A stretch of 64,000 bases of DNA from an uncultured virus (IMG/VR IMGVR_UViG_3300037322_000284) (lineage: Duplodnaviria > Heunggongvirae > Uroviricota > Caudoviricetes), in IMG/VR virus record IMGVR_UViG_3300037322_000284. The stretch is one strand, 5' to 3'. This document shows, piece after piece, positions 54,401-63,826 of this stretch (the first letter of the stretch is position 1; the number at the start of each line of letters is the position of its first letter). Under the pieces are notes generated by a model, which was given only the letters and a program-made list of their open reading frames with translations, searched no databases and was not told the origin of the DNA. Made by a program: the position numbers and the translations under genes.

Positions 54401-57400
54401 TAGAACTTTTAGAACACGCACAAAACAATTAAACTAACAGAAACTATGAACTACTTACTATTTAGCCAAGACCAAGAACAACCAATAAAATGGTTTACAA
54501 AATTCGACAAAGAAGAAATTAAAACAGAAATTATTAACCACTTAAAAGAACATAAAACAGATGTTTTAGAATTTTGCAAAGAGTTTAGTAAAAAAGACTT
54601 AAAAAAGTATGTAGGCTATAATGTTATAGACTTTTACCAAAACAATAAAGAAGTACCTAGTAAGGTAGTTTTAAGAGGTAACAAAGAATATTTTAAACCA
54701 TTAACAAACTAGAAATTATGAAACCAACAACACAACAAATTATAGATTATATGGAACTTCACAATGCAGATGAAGTGGGTATAAACAACCAATGGGATTT
54801 TGAAGATGCAGAATACTTTTTACAGTTCGAAGATGAGTTTTATTATAATCTTTCTGTTTAATCTTTTTTGCCGAAAATAATATTAAAAAATAACTATTTA
54901 AAAAATTAGAAATTATGGGGAGATATTATAGTGGAGATATACAAGGGAAGTTTTGGTTTGGTGCACAAAGTAGCATAGCCGCAAATAGATTTGGGGTTCA
55001 ACATCAAGAACCGTCAGTTGTTAATTATTATTTTGAACAAGATAATTTAGAAGATGTTGAACAAGAGTTAAAAAATATTGAAGAAAGTTTAGGCGGTAAG
55101 TTAAAACTTTTGGATGATTTTATGAATGATGATGCTAGAATAGGATACACGGATAACGAAATTTTAGATTTAGGTATCAGTAAAGAAGAATTTTCTGAAT
55201 ACGCAGATTGGACTTTAGGAATTAAAATAAGAGATTGTATTAAAGAACAAGGAAGTTGTGAATTTGAAGCAGAATTGTAATAGCAAATTAAAAAGGTATG
55301 AAAAGAGAATTAGCAACAATAACCGCATATATTCAAGCGAATGAATTACTTAAGGGCAGTTTCTTTTATACTATTGATGAAGCTTTTAGAATAGCTAAAT
55401 TATTTGTCAAAATGTATGATAAAAATTGTACGTGGGAAGAAGATAGTTATGAAGAAAAGATTGAAGAATTTACGGAGAAGTTTAAAAAACGAAAATATAA
55501 AAAGGTATGAAAACAGTAATAACATTATCAGAGAACTTAGCACACGATTGTAAGTGGGATGCAAAACTAATAAGTGATGTATATTTAGAAGCATTAACAG
55601 ATGCTAACTTTCACACACTTAAAAAAGCATTAGAACCAATTATACTAAAGTATTTTGAAGACGATAACTTATAAAAATAGTAAATGGAAACAGATACATA
55701 TAAAACAGACATTATTTTTAGAGTTTTTAAAAAAGAAGTGATAGCTTTATTTCCTCACGAAGTTTGCGACAGACAAGGTAATGTAACAAGTTACCAACAT
55801 TTAGGACAACATAGTGGAGCAGATTATAAGCACGTTATACAAAACTCTAAAAAAGCAACAGAACAAGAGTATGATAACCTTAAAAAAGAAATGGAAAATT
55901 TAGGGTACAGTTTAAACTTAGTGAGTAGACAAAATAGAAAATATGAAAACAAATTGGCAAGAGTACAAAGCAAAAGATTTTCAAAATCTAAGAGGTAAGA
56001 GAGTTAAATTAGTAAGTAATACTATAGAAACTGTTTCAATGGTAGTGGGAGCTACAATTTATAACACTTCTCACAATGAAATCGACGAATCTTCTATTTT
56101 ATTTTTCGCCGAAAAAGAGGATAAAACAAGGTATTTTAAACTTCAAAAACACTTTGAAACACTAAATAGAATTGACGAGGAGGTTTTAGATGATTTAGAC
56201 TTTGCAATTTGTGACACACTTTCCAAAGTAGAAAGTACAGATGAATTAACTTTAATATTTAAAAAGTTAAAAGAATTAGTTGAAGAAGCAAAAACAAAAT
56301 GTTTAACAGAATCTAAAAAATACATATAATGTTAAGTAAAATAGAAAAAGTACAAGACCATTTAGAGCAAAAAGGTATAGACACTGTTATTGAAAATGAC
56401 ACACTATATGTTTGGATAGGAGACGTAAAATTAGAGTTATCAGACTTTGAAATAAACCACCAAGCAGACGAATATGACAGCTATATGATAGTCGCTATTG
56501 AAGGCATAGAGATATTAAGTGTTGATCTAACTTTTTATCAAAAAGTTGATAGAGACTTATATGATTTTGGGAGTCTATATTTAGAATGTGAGGGGAGAGA
56601 ATTTGTATTTGATGTTTGTAAAACTTCTTTAGGAGATGACGGAACTTCAATAGTATGCGAATTAGAGGTAGATTTAGACACTACACCAAAAACAGATGTT
56701 AAAAACGAGCAGTACGATGGTTCAAACTTATACAATTTAACTAAATATGACTTTTTTAATCCAAATTTAGTAGCTAAAATGTATATTGGAAACGAATATG
56801 AAACAGAGCCAGAATATATTTCACTATTTTTTAGAACGGGTGGTTTAACTTCAGTAGTAAATGTTTTAAACGAGTAATATTATGGATAAATTACCAACAA
56901 TTATGCTTTACTCTAAGTATTTAAGTAAGGCAGTTTTTAAATTTAACTACACAATTGATGAGTGTAGAGATAAGTATGGAATATTCACAATTAGAGATTG
57001 GGAAAAATTATTAAATTAAAACAATATGAAGCTATCAGATTTTACATTTAAGTTTATAGGTCATGGACACTATTTAGTACTCTATACAACGCCCATAAGA
57101 GGGCTAGAGTATCATAAAACAATTACCGATATGAGTTTAATTGACACAACAAAGGGTAATGAGGATGTTAAACAAAAAGATTTAAAAAGATTATATAACG
57201 CAATAAAAAGATAGAAAAATGACAACTTTATTCGATAAATACATAGAATTACAGTCACAAATTATTAAACAATACCATTTTTATATTGGGGAGTTGAGAA
57301 ACGTAAAATTTTACGACGAAGTTGTAGGAGATGTAGACGAATTCATAGATGACTTACAAGATGTTTCAATTACAAATAGGTATGGAACGAACGTAGACCT

Positions 57401-58124
57401 TAGAATTTTAGAAATATCATTGGAAAAGGGTATTCTTGTCGCTGAATATGAAGAGCCTAGTAATCAATACTGGGTAACACTTACAAGTCTTATGGATATT
57501 CACCAAATGATTTACATTGTGATAAGTTTAGAGAATATTTATAATGAAAAACTACTAAATTAAAAACTATGCGTAAAATTAAATTAGATAGATATGTAGT
57601 AAAATTTAAAAAGATGGAAGGTAACAACAGTAATTATAACATATCCGTTCGAGTGTTTGAAGACAAGGAGTTAATTATGGGTTGGCACGTAAAAGAAAAT
57701 TACAAAGAGGTAGATGTAATATCACAATTTTTGTTAGGGGTAGAAGTCAACACAATAAAAAGCACATAAATAAAATCAACAGTATTAATATACCTAATTA
57801 TTATGAACGCAATAACTAAATTAGCAGTAGAGTTTATAGAAAATCATTGGCAAGATATAGATTTAGTAAAGGTTGAACTAACTAAATATAGCAAGCAATC
57901 TTTACTTAAAGAAGTTGTTGAGGATTATTACTTAGCGGGATGGATTTTAATGGAAGTTATGAGTTGGGGCGCAGATAAAAATTACATAGATAAATACTCC
58001 ATAGAGAATAGACAAGATTTACTCATTTTACTTGTTGATGATAAATATTTTAAATTCAATCACTTAACATTTTTACTAGAGGAAACAAAACCTAAATACA
58101 AAACAATTTTATACTATTAAAAAG

Positions 58125-58556
58125 ATGAAAAAACTAATTTTATTAATTTTATTTACAGTATCTTTACAAGCTCAAACAATAACACCTTACATAGGCTATA
58201 GAGCGTTGGAATTAGATTTTAAAATTGAAAAGACTCTTATTTACGGGGTTGGAGTATCAATAGTTGATGCTGACTTAGTGGCTAAAAGGGCAACTAAGAA
58301 TGATGGAGCGTTTAAAGTTCATAATGCTAATACTGATTTAGTTCCCTCTTTATTTTTTCTAATAGGTGCTAATTTTGATGGCTTTCAAATCATTGGAAAA
58401 TTAGGCGGTGCTTACTTTAATCAAATGATAAATAATGAGCAAGAGGTACAAAAAATATATCGATCCGTAGGGGTACAAGTGGGGTATAGGAAGATTTTAA
58501 TTTCCTTTGATAGCAGTAACAGTTTAATGGTGGGGTATAATTTTAAATTAAGATAA
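58125..58556 (+). CDS. Secreted / outer-membrane beta-barrel-like protein
   Basis: Signal peptide MKKLILLILFTVSLQA; alternating beta-strands; C-terminal VGYNF. Confidence 0.6.
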   Translation: MKKLILLILFTVSLQAQTITPYIGYRALELDFKIEKTLIYGVGVSIVDADLVAKRATKNDGAFKVHNANTDLVPSLFFLIGANFDGFQIIGKLGGAYFNQMINNEQEVQKIYRSVGVQVGYRKILISFDSSNSLMVGYNFKLR

Positions 58557-59131
58557 TTATGAAATTAAGAGAAGCAAAAGTAGAGTTTCCTTTAGAAAGT
58601 TTTTTCTACAGCGCAACAGGAAAGATAAAAAGTCCTATAAGAGTAACTAAGTTGAGATATGCCGAGCATGAAGATAGGTACAACAGAGTTTCACAAATAG
58701 AAAATAAGATAGTGGTACTTAGTAATTTAGAAAATCCGTATCAGTATTCATTTAAACACTTAAAACTTAAATTGTCTTTTATAAAAAAGAACATAGAAAT
58801 GTTTAGAGAGAGGAAAGAGATTCTAAGTATGTATAGAGATATTATTGAAAGTAAAGGGGGTGTAATATATTGCTCCGAAACTAATACAACAGCAAGATGC
58901 ATAAAATAACAGAGGAATCAATTTCAGAGGATATTTTTAACAGTTTAATTCCGCAAAAAACGGTGGAAAGAAGTAGACTATTAAAAAAAATTAATGAGGC
59001 TTATCAATATAATATAAAAACATATAATCAAATAAATAGTGGGGACTACAGTGTTTTACAGTCTTTCTTGAAATTACATGAATTAAATTATTAAATAAAC
59101 GACTCTAATCAGGTTATTAAAATTAAATAAA

Positions 59132-59587
59132 ATGTCAATAGAAAACAAAAACGGCAATTGCGCCAAACCGATGCTAGCAGATGTTTTTTTGCTTCGAGAA
59201 TGGATGCCTTTTTCAGACCAAGAAATATCTATTTTTCAACATTACATAATGGATTATTTTTTAGAAAACGAAGATAGTATTTCTAAAAAAGATGTTTACA
59301 TTTTGGCTTGTATGGCTGGAGAAACACAGTATCAAATGCGTTTATTAAAATCAAGAATTTCAGGTGATGGAAATATAGATGAGAAAAATAATAATCGATA
59401 CATAAAAATATTGTTTTCATTTGACAGATTGATTGAATTTGTAAAATCAAAAATGATTGAAGGTTTCAAAACCACAAGTTATAAAAATAAACATCAACTA
59501 ATGAATGAGTACTATTCTTATTTCACAGCTTCAAAAGCAATAAAGGATAGTATTAAGCAGGATTTTGATTTGTACTTCGGTTCTTAA
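59132..59587 (+). CDS. Hypothetical protein, cassette 1
   Basis: 151 aa; N-terminus is encoded across the upstream recombination-site arm. Confidence 0.65.
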   Translation: MSIENKNGNCAKPMLADVFLLREWMPFSDQEISIFQHYIMDYFLENEDSISKKDVYILACMAGETQYQMRLLKSRISGDGNIDEKNNNRYIKILFSFDRLIEFVKSKMIEGFKTTSYKNKHQLMNEYYSYFTASKAIKDSIKQDFDLYFGS

Positions 59588-59667
59588 AATATCTGCTAAC
59601 GGATGGTGCTATGGGCTGGTTTTGTTTTTCACAAAACTTGCTTATAGCACGTGTTACCACTCGTTTT
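59586..59667 (+). repeat. attC-like palindromic site 1
   Basis: TAAC-ggatg-gtgctatgggc..gttttgt..acaaaac..gcttatagcac-gt-GTTA. Confidence 0.8.
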
Positions 59668-59692
59668 TATTAACTAAATTAAAATTATAAAT

Positions 59693-60613
59693 ATGTTTAA
59701 AAAATATCAACATTTAGAAAGATTTGGAACTACAGAAGTTCAAAACATTGAGTTAGGCGAATTATATGTATTCCCAAAAATTGACGGAACAAATGCAAGC
59801 GTATGGCTTCATAATGGAGAAATACAAGCAGGAAGCCGAACAAGACATTTGTCTATCGAACAAGATAATGCAGGTTTTTTAGAATGGGTTTTGAGACAAG
59901 AAAATCTATTAAATTATTTGAAAGAAAACCCAACTCATAGATTGTTTGGAGAATGGCTCGTGCCACATTCTTTAAAAACCTATCGTGCTGACGCTTGGAG
60001 AAAGTTTTATGTTTTTGAAGTTGTCGAAGATAGAATTAATGATGAAATTCAACACGAAAGCGATGAGAAATTTAATTATTTAAAATACGATAATTATAAA
60101 CCGATTTTAGAAAAATACGAAATAGATTTTATCCCTCCAATTGCAGTAATTAGAAATTCAAACTACGAACAATTAGTAAATCAATTAATTAAAAATGATT
60201 TTTTAATTGAAGAAGGGAAGGGTTATGGAGAAGGAGTTGTTTTAAAGAATTACGATTTTAAAAATAAATATGGTCGTAAAACTTGGGCTAAAATTGTAAC
60301 GAGTGAGTTTAAAGAAAAACACGCTAAAGTAATGGGTAAATCTACGATTGAAGGCAAAAAAATGGTAGAGGAAGAAATTGCTGAAAAATATGTGACTACT
60401 GCTTTTTGTGAAAAAGAATATGCAAAAATTGAAAGTTCTGATGGATGGACTTCTAAAATGATACCTAGATTGTTAAACGTAATTTACTACGAAATTGTAA
60501 AAGAAGAAAGTTGGAATTTTGTTAAAGAAAATCGTAATCCAACAATTAATTTTAAAACCCTTCAACACTTCGTTTTTGCAAAAGTTCGTGATAGATTACC
60601 GAACGTCTTTTAA
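59693..60613 (+). CDS. RNA ligase (Rnl2-like nucleotidyltransferase), cassette 2
   Basis: PKIDGTN (motif I), FGEW, FYVFE, GEGVVLK, AKIV. Confidence 0.85.
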   Translation: MFKKYQHLERFGTTEVQNIELGELYVFPKIDGTNASVWLHNGEIQAGSRTRHLSIEQDNAGFLEWVLRQENLLNYLKENPTHRLFGEWLVPHSLKTYRADAWRKFYVFEVVEDRINDEIQHESDEKFNYLKYDNYKPILEKYEIDFIPPIAVIRNSNYEQLVNQLIKNDFLIEEGKGYGEGVVLKNYDFKNKYGRKTWAKIVTSEFKEKHAKVMGKSTIEGKKMVEEEIAEKYVTTAFCEKEYAKIESSDGWTSKMIPRLLNVIYYEIVKEESWNFVKENRNPTINFKTLQHFVFAKVRDRLPNVF

Positions 60614-60758
60614 AATGAGTGGTAACGTCCCGTGGCTTTATTTCAGTTGCGAACTACGGAACCGAGATTTTTCCGCCACCAAAAAACGTAATGCGAAACG
60701 TAAACGTTATTTCACCACTTAATTCGCAATTGAATAAAACCGCTGTTAGCAGTAGTTA
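60612..60758 (+). repeat. attC-like palindromic site 2
   Basis: TAAC-gtccc-gtggctttatttcagttgcgaa...ttcgcaattgaataaaaccgc-t-GTTA. Confidence 0.8.
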
Positions 60759-60821
60759 TATTTTTTACTCGGTTTATTTTACGCACCGATTTTAAGCGTA
60801 GAAATATTTAATTTAAAGAAA

Positions 60822-61262
60822 ATGAAAGTTATAATGAAAATTACCGAAAACAGTTATTCAAAAACAGTTATAATGAATGACGGCGCTAAATTAATCGAAA
60901 AATGGGAAAGAAGCGGAAATGGTTTTTCTCAAACTAAAAACTCAATCAGTTTTGAAGATTCAATTTTATTAGAAGAAACAAAAGAAGCTCTTGATTTTAA
61001 TTTCATGGAGCTGTGCGATGCAATCGAAAATGAAAGTGCTGCAATTTACGATGATGGCGAAATTCCAAAAACTGATGACGGAGTTTTTTTAAAAAGGGGT
61101 GATTCTTTTTTTACCGTTGCTTCAACTATTAGTGCTGGTAAATTTATTTGTGTTCCATTAAAATTAAAATTTCCACTCGATTGGGGTTCTCATGGTTCAA
61201 CTTGTTATTCTTTAAAAGAAAAATGTATTGAAGAATGTGACAAACGTAATGCTTCGGAATAA
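60822..61262 (+). CDS. Hypothetical protein, cassette 3
   Basis: 146 aa; stop codon overlaps the terminal inverted repeat. Confidence 0.7.
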   Translation: MKVIMKITENSYSKTVIMNDGAKLIEKWERSGNGFSQTKNSISFEDSILLEETKEALDFNFMELCDAIENESAAIYDDGEIPKTDDGVFLKRGDSFFTVASTISAGKFICVPLKLKFPLDWGSHGSTCYSLKEKCIEECDKRNASE

Positions 61263-61308
61263 TTACTGCTAACTCATCGCTTCTACCATATTTAATACAC
61301 GACCATCC

Positions 61309-61533
61309 ATGACTATCACTGTAAAATACATAGCAAAACACCGCATAAATTACGCACCGCATTACGTATTTACAAAATGCGGTTTATGTTATAATTGTAG
61401 ATCAGGCAGGTTAATAAAACAAGTGCTGAAAGGATCCACAATAGGGTATGTGATTTTAGGAAAATTCAAATCATTAAATACGCTCAGATCACATTTAGAA
61501 AAAATTACAACAATTAAAAATATTCCTTTCTAA
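61309..61533 (+). CDS. Small basic hypothetical protein
   Basis: 74 aa, YVFTKCGLCYNCRSGRLIKQV. Confidence 0.6.
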   Translation: MTITVKYIAKHRINYAPHYVFTKCGLCYNCRSGRLIKQVLKGSTIGYVILGKFKSLNTLRSHLEKITTIKNIPF

Positions 61534-61716
61534 AAATTAGGGAGTATAAAAAATAAACAGTAAATTTGTAAGATGAAAACAATATATATGGAATGCGCAC
61601 TACAACTCTTAGAAAAAGAATTTGTAAAAAGTTTAATTTCTGCGGGAAAAGTAAAAATAACAGAGGGAAATATTAATTATTTAATTATAGGAGATCAATA
61701 AAAAACAGTAGAAAAA

Positions 61717-62676
61717 ATGAACAACAGAGTAAAAAGACAAGATTTAGAGAAATTATTATTTTTGGATTGCGAAACAGTGCGTAGAAATAATGTTTTAGAC
61801 ATTAACTCAAAAGAGTATGATTTATATGCTTGGAAATTAAGAGATAAGGAAACTTCAAAATTACCACTATCAGACGAGGTTTTGAGACACTACGAATTAA
61901 GCGGTGCTTTAGACCCAGTTTTTAATAAGATAGTTTGCATCACAATCGGTTTTATTAAGGGTGATATTTTATACTTAAAATCTTTATTAGGGGAACAAAA
62001 AGACATTATTACAGAGTTTTATAATATTGTCAATTCAACAGGTTTTATCCCTTGTGGACATAATATTATTTCATTTGATATGCCCACCATTAGACTAAAG
62101 GCATTTGAAAGTAGTGTTGATTTGAACCTATTAAATGAGAGAGTGACAGATAGTGAACAGAAACCTTGGATACTGTCTGAAAATATGTTCGATACAATGA
62201 CCATTACTAAAGGTACTTATTATTACAACTTATCTTTAGATGCGATGTGCTTTTTAGGAGGTGTAGACACCCCCAAAGATGGAATTTCAGGTGCAGATGT
62301 TTCAAGAGTTTACTACGAGGGAGGAATTAAAGAAATATCCGAGTATTGTAAGAAGGATGTAAAAGCAGTTGCTGAATTATTTTGCAACTTACAAGGTAAA
62401 AAAGGCTTTATTAAAAATGTAGTTGATAGGACAGAAATTAAAATGATTGAACAGCCCCTACCAGTAAAGTTATTTAACTTAAAGCAATTAACTCTTGAAA
62501 CTTTAGGCGAACTAAAAGATATAGTTAAAAAGAAAAAGCCGACAAAAAAAGATAAAGAGATTATCTTAGAAATACTTAAAGCTTCTCTTTCAGACATTAA
62601 TCAAGACTTTGGAAAAGTAAAAAACGAGATAGATGTGAATAAAATAATTGAACAACTAAAAACCATTATTGGGTAA
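61717..62676 (+). CDS. DEDD 3'-5' exonuclease (PolB-exonuclease-related)
   Basis: LFLDCET (ExoI), GHNIISFD (ExoII), YCKKDV (ExoIII). Confidence 0.85.
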   Translation: MNNRVKRQDLEKLLFLDCETVRRNNVLDINSKEYDLYAWKLRDKETSKLPLSDEVLRHYELSGALDPVFNKIVCITIGFIKGDILYLKSLLGEQKDIITEFYNIVNSTGFIPCGHNIISFDMPTIRLKAFESSVDLNLLNERVTDSEQKPWILSENMFDTMTITKGTYYYNLSLDAMCFLGGVDTPKDGISGADVSRVYYEGGIKEISEYCKKDVKAVAELFCNLQGKKGFIKNVVDRTEIKMIEQPLPVKLFNLKQLTLETLGELKDIVKKKKPTKKDKEIILEILKASLSDINQDFGKVKNEIDVNKIIEQLKTIIG

Positions 62677-62841
62677 TTACAAACAATTTAATCTATTTGG
62701 AGATTACATTTCTTTTCCTTATCTTTGTGGCTAAGTTTGAATTCGGACGCAAACTAATAAGAAACAGCCTCATTTTAAAGTAATTACATCGTCCGAACTT
62801 GGTGTAGTGAAATTGATGAGGCATTTTTATTTTAAAGACAC

Positions 62842-63022
62842 ATGCCAAAAAAATTTTATATGGGAACAAGAAGAGAAGTTAAAAGAAGATTTAATATTGA
62901 AGAGGTATAAACCTGCATTTTTATTTGGTGGTTACACAGAATGCTATGGAGTTGAAAATTTTAAACAGATATATGAAAAACTTAAAAGAATTGAAGAAGA
63001 TAGAATTACCGAGAAAGTATAA
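62842..63022 (+). pseudogene. Remnant of the zinc-ribbon/GIY-YIG homing endonuclease family (C-terminal tip only)
   Basis: EEKLKEDLILKRYKPAFLFGGYTECY resembles KYVPKLKFSGNQECY and KYEPKKKFHGYRECF of the two intact paralogues. Confidence 0.6.
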
Positions 63023-63704
63023 GGCAACATTACCAAAGTATGAAAAATATAATAATTGGCAAAAGGTTAGTTATTCACAACTAGGTTCAATAAAAGAGTA
63101 TAAGGCAGGTTATATACAAGATTACATCTTAGGGGTTGGTAATGGGGAAGCGGGAATTTTCGCATCGTATGGGAGTGCTGTAGGTGAATACTTTGAAAAA
63201 GGGGAATTTAATGAGTTGCTTTCAGATTTTGATATTGAAACAATTGGTAGAATTAAAAAACATAAGACATCAACATTTGAATCAGAGATTGTTATTGATT
63301 TAGAGCCATTTGGACTTGAAAAAACTTGTTTACAAGGATTTTCTGACCACGAGTTTATTTTAAAGAGTGAGAAGTTTATAGAAGACCTTAAAACAGGAAA
63401 TTCTACTAACATGCAAGATAAGTATGGGAATATGTTAAAATATTATCAAACTCGTATTTATGCTTACCAAAGAGAAAATGAGGGAGAGGTTATTGGAGGC
63501 TGTAAAGTACTGCACTTAGGACGTAAAGGGAATAACACGGTTAGAGGAGATAAAAACTGTCTAAGATTGAATGGGGACATTGATGAGATTGAGACTCCTT
63601 ATAAAAGAGAAGATGTAGAGAAGTACCTTAGAGAGGTAGTAGTACCTAGCTGTGAAGAAATTTCAGATTATTTTCAAGTTTATCAAAAATATTTTGCACA
63701 GTAA
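62973..63704 (+). CDS. PD-(D/E)XK (Cas4/RecB-like) nuclease
   Basis: VSYSQL, GSAVGE, QGFSD..IEDLKTG, QTRIYA; likely start MKNLK at 62973. Confidence 0.75.
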   Translation: MKNLKELKKIELPRKYKATLPKYEKYNNWQKVSYSQLGSIKEYKAGYIQDYILGVGNGEAGIFASYGSAVGEYFEKGEFNELLSDFDIETIGRIKKHKTSTFESEIVIDLEPFGLEKTCLQGFSDHEFILKSEKFIEDLKTGNSTNMQDKYGNMLKYYQTRIYAYQRENEGEVIGGCKVLHLGRKGNNTVRGDKNCLRLNGDIDEIETPYKREDVEKYLREVVVPSCEEISDYFQVYQKYFAQ

Positions 63705-63826
63705 ATAAAATAGTAATATCTTTGTAGAGAAGAAAGAGACGGATAAGAAATAATCCCAATAATTGAGTTGGTGTAAATAGTAAACTTTCTGTTTTAATGT
63801 TTTTGCCGAAAAAATAAATATAAAAA

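Larger units (their letters stand above)
43293..59094 (+). other. Early/host-takeover-like region of ~50 small hypothetical ORFs
   Basis: Dense co-directional 60-200 aa ORFs, many preceded by AGAAATT-ATG-type leaders. Confidence 0.75.
59173..61273 (+). mobile_element. Integron-like array of three gene cassettes
   Basis: Cassette-specific terminal inverted repeats 59173-59187/59586-59600, 59653-59667/60612-60626, 60745-60758/61260-61273. Confidence 0.8.

Noticed and set aside
60519..60722. 67-aa ORF across the attC-like site 2
   Set aside because: Overlaps the ligase end and the palindrome; probably incidental
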